Source: Candidatus Staskawiczbacteria bacterium
GTDB lineage: Bacteria; Patescibacteriota; Minisyncoccia; Minisyncoccales; Staskawiczbacteraceae
Assembly (NCBI GenBank): GCA_023245155.1
Contig: JAHFKV010000001.1
Coordinates: forward strand, 395,034 to 459,033
Reading direction: 5' to 3'
DNA: 64,000 nucleotides
Notes under the pieces: model-generated
Seen by the model: only the letters and a program-made list of their open reading frames with translations
Told to the model about the DNA's origin: nothing
Databases searched by the model: none
Part shown: in pieces, positions 62,714 through 64,000 of the stretch
How the letters are laid out: every line of letters begins with the position of its first letter
How positions within the stretch are numbered: the first letter of the stretch is position 1
Translations under genes and position numbers: made by a program

Positions 62714-62804
62714 AATGCGTCCTCCTTGGTGAGGTGTACAACTACGCAATTTAACAATATCATTTAGATAATTTCATGTCAATAGTGAAGCGCAGAAAAT
62801 TATT

Positions 62805-62822
62805 TGTTAGTATAAAAATATG
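62805..62822 (+). promoter_or_regulatory. extended -10 TGtTAGTAT placed 6 nt before the thpR ATG (leaderless candidate)
   Basis: TG 62805-62806, TAGTAT 62808-62813, aaaaat, ATG at 62820. Confidence 0.4.
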
Positions 62823-63392
62823 CAAAAGCGGCACCGGGTTTTCATTGCTATAAACCTGCCCAAAGAAATTAAAAACTTTTTGGGGCATTATGAGCAAAAG
62901 TTTTCGGAGCTTCCAGCCAAATGGACACTGGAAGAAAATTTACATATTACCTTAGTTTTTTTGGGGGATTTGACGGATGTAGAGCTGGGCGAAGTGTGCA
63001 TAATTGCCAAAGAGGTTGCGCAAAGACATCCGGTGTTGGATATTAATTTAAACAGCATAGAATATGGCCCCGATGGTAAGATTCCGCCTAAGATGCTTTG
63101 GGCTTCCGGAGAGAAATCGCAGGCCTTAATGGATTTAAAAAATGATTTACAAGAGGCTTTATTAGAAAAAATTGTTAATTTTGACCCGGACAAAAAAGGC
63201 TTTGCTGTGCACGTGACCATGGCCAGAATTAATGCTACGGCTTGGCGGCAGATTAATCCGGAAGAACGGCCGGAAGTTGCCGAAGAGGTCAATTTACCGT
63301 TTACCATCGAAACGATTGATGTGATGGAGTCAGAAATGGGTCGCAGTGGGCCAAAGTATAGTATTATTGAATCAATTGAATTAAATTCATGA
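62820..63392 (+). CDS. thpR: RNA 2',3'-cyclic phosphodiesterase / 2'-5' RNA ligase (2H family)
   Basis: Two HxT motifs (LHITLVFLG and VHVTMARI). Confidence 0.75.
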   Translation: MQKRHRVFIAINLPKEIKNFLGHYEQKFSELPAKWTLEENLHITLVFLGDLTDVELGEVCIIAKEVAQRHPVLDINLNSIEYGPDGKIPPKMLWASGEKSQALMDLKNDLQEALLEKIVNFDPDKKGFAVHVTMARINATAWRQINPEERPEVAEEVNLPFTIETIDVMESEMGRSGPKYSIIESIELNS

Positions 63393-64000
63393 AAATACAT
63401 TTTATTGGTATTGGGGGTATTGGGGTTTCGGCTTTGGCACAATATTATTTAGAAAAAGGCTGGCAAATGAGCGGCTCAGATTTGGCGGCTTCGGAAATTA
63501 CGGAATTTTTTTTAAAAAAGGGGGTGAAGGTTTTTATCGGGCAAAAATCCGAGAATATCTCAGCCGGCATAGATTTGGTAATACATAGCCCGGCCGTAAA
63601 ACCTGAGAATCCAGAATATGCTGCCGCCAAAAAAATGGGGATCAAAACGCAAAGTTACCCCGAGGCTTTGGGTGAATTGACGCTTCAATACAAAACGATT
63701 GCCATTTCTGGTAGCCACGGAAAAAGTACAACGACGGCGATGACGGCGCTGGTATTGATAAAAGCGGGGATTGATCCGACAGTAATTGTGGGGACGAAGT
63801 TGGCGGAATTTGGCAATACTAATTTTAGAATGGGTAAATCAGAATGGTTGGTGATTGAAGCCTGTGAATACGACGGTTCGTTTTTAAATTACCAGCCGCA
63901 GATTGCCGTGATTACCAATGTAGATAAAGAGCATTTGGATTATTTTAAAACATTTGCCAATGTCAAAAAAGCGTTTCGGGATTTTGTAAAAAAGTTGCCA
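63389..64000 (+). CDS. murC: UDP-N-acetylmuramate--L-alanine ligase (partial; continues past the window end)
   Basis: My translation of frame 2 gives MKIHFIGIGGIGVSALAQYYLEKGWQMSGSD...ISGSHGKSTTTAM. Not in the ORF track because no stop falls within the window. The ATGA junction overlaps the thpR stop. Confidence 0.8.
   Translation, partial: MKIHFIGIGGIGVSALAQYYLEKGWQMSGSDLAASEITEFFLKKGVKVFIGQKSENISAGIDLVIHSPAVKPENPEYAAAKKMGIKTQSYPEALGELTLQYKTIAISGSHGKSTTTAMTALVLIKAGIDPTVIVGTKLAEFGNTNFRMGKSEWLVIEACEYDGSFLNYQPQIAVITNVDKEHLDYFKTFANVKKAFRDFVKKLP

Noticed and set aside
5100-62760. GC-rich units as integron gene cassettes with attC sites
   Set aside because: They are dispersed rather than arrayed. 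Each has its own SD, and most have a recognisable promoter. The downstream hairpins are ordinary stem plus T-run terminators without R''/R' core sites, and there is no intI.
62441-62767. Four overlapping ORFs (62441+, 62470-, 62514+, 62546-) and the N-terminal 58 aa of ORF 61812..62642
   Set aside because: This is GC-rich patch behaviour. Only the minus-strand ORF starting at 62713 has an SD, promoter and terminator. The HhH protein's recognisable domain starts at the internal Met (62468).
63381-63391. TTAAATTCATG at the murC start resembling the 3' end (AAATTCATG) of the shared leader
   Set aside because: Only the last 9-11 nt match. There is no GTGTCGCAA box or hairpin 1 upstream, because that sequence is thpR coding sequence. 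This is coincidental.
1-64000. Search for CRISPR arrays, rRNA genes, intact transposases/integrases and prophage blocks
   Set aside because: No regularly spaced direct repeats with unique spacers were seen, and no rRNA-like sequence. The only mobile-element trace is the degraded rve fragment at 35552-35893.

Overview
This is a 64-kb window from an AT-rich, gene-dense, streamlined bacterial genome. Gene content and order suggest a Candidate Phyla Radiation / Patescibacteria (Parcubacteria-like) organism; this is an inference from content, since no rRNA is in the window. I call about 70 CDS and 4 tRNAs (Tyr-GTA, Thr-GGT, Trp-CCA, Glu-CTC). Housekeeping blocks are secE-nusG-rplK (no rplA follows), rplJ-rplL, rnhB/rpmF/nusB-rnc-rpsP...KH-trmD, tRNAs-rpmG, mraZ-rsmH-ftsL-ftsI, dcd-mazG-tmk-thyX, gatB, miaA, thrS, dnaE, efp, rmuC, rplU, pyrB, prmC, thpR and murC (partial). 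There is also an ABC importer, a copper/HMA cluster with copA, and a permease / Ca-cation antiporter / P-type ATPase block. No CRISPR array, rRNA or intact mobile element was seen. The main finding is a five-copy structured 5' leader of about 95-103 nt that I do not recognise. Its layout is GTGTCGCAA, then a 12-14 bp hairpin kept by compensatory changes, then AA, then a second hairpin that sequesters the A and U of the AUG. It ends exactly at the start codons of rplK, rpsP, rplJ, mraZ and rplU. Other observations: (1) native genes mostly lack Shine-Dalgarno motifs, and at least 8 show a (TGn)TAnnnT -10 box 6-7 nt before the ATG, suggesting leaderless mRNAs; (2) about 10 visibly GC-rich single-gene units, each with a canonical SD and a terminator and most with a recognisable promoter, are scattered between native AT-rich genes, some inside conserved operons; (3) a 10-bp-periodic GTGGATAAAT repeat array lies at the mraZ promoter; (4) there is a promoter-structure-terminator attenuator candidate upstream of rplJ; (5) an identical 21-nt tandem-octamer insert lies in frame inside both rnhB and prmC; (6) unusual proteins include EF-P without the modifiable Lys/Arg, a membrane-anchored Clp-type ATPase with a degenerate first P-loop, a STAS protein with poly-basic tails next to an IS remnant, and an orphan ACP-like protein. 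All functional interpretations are inference from sequence inspection only.
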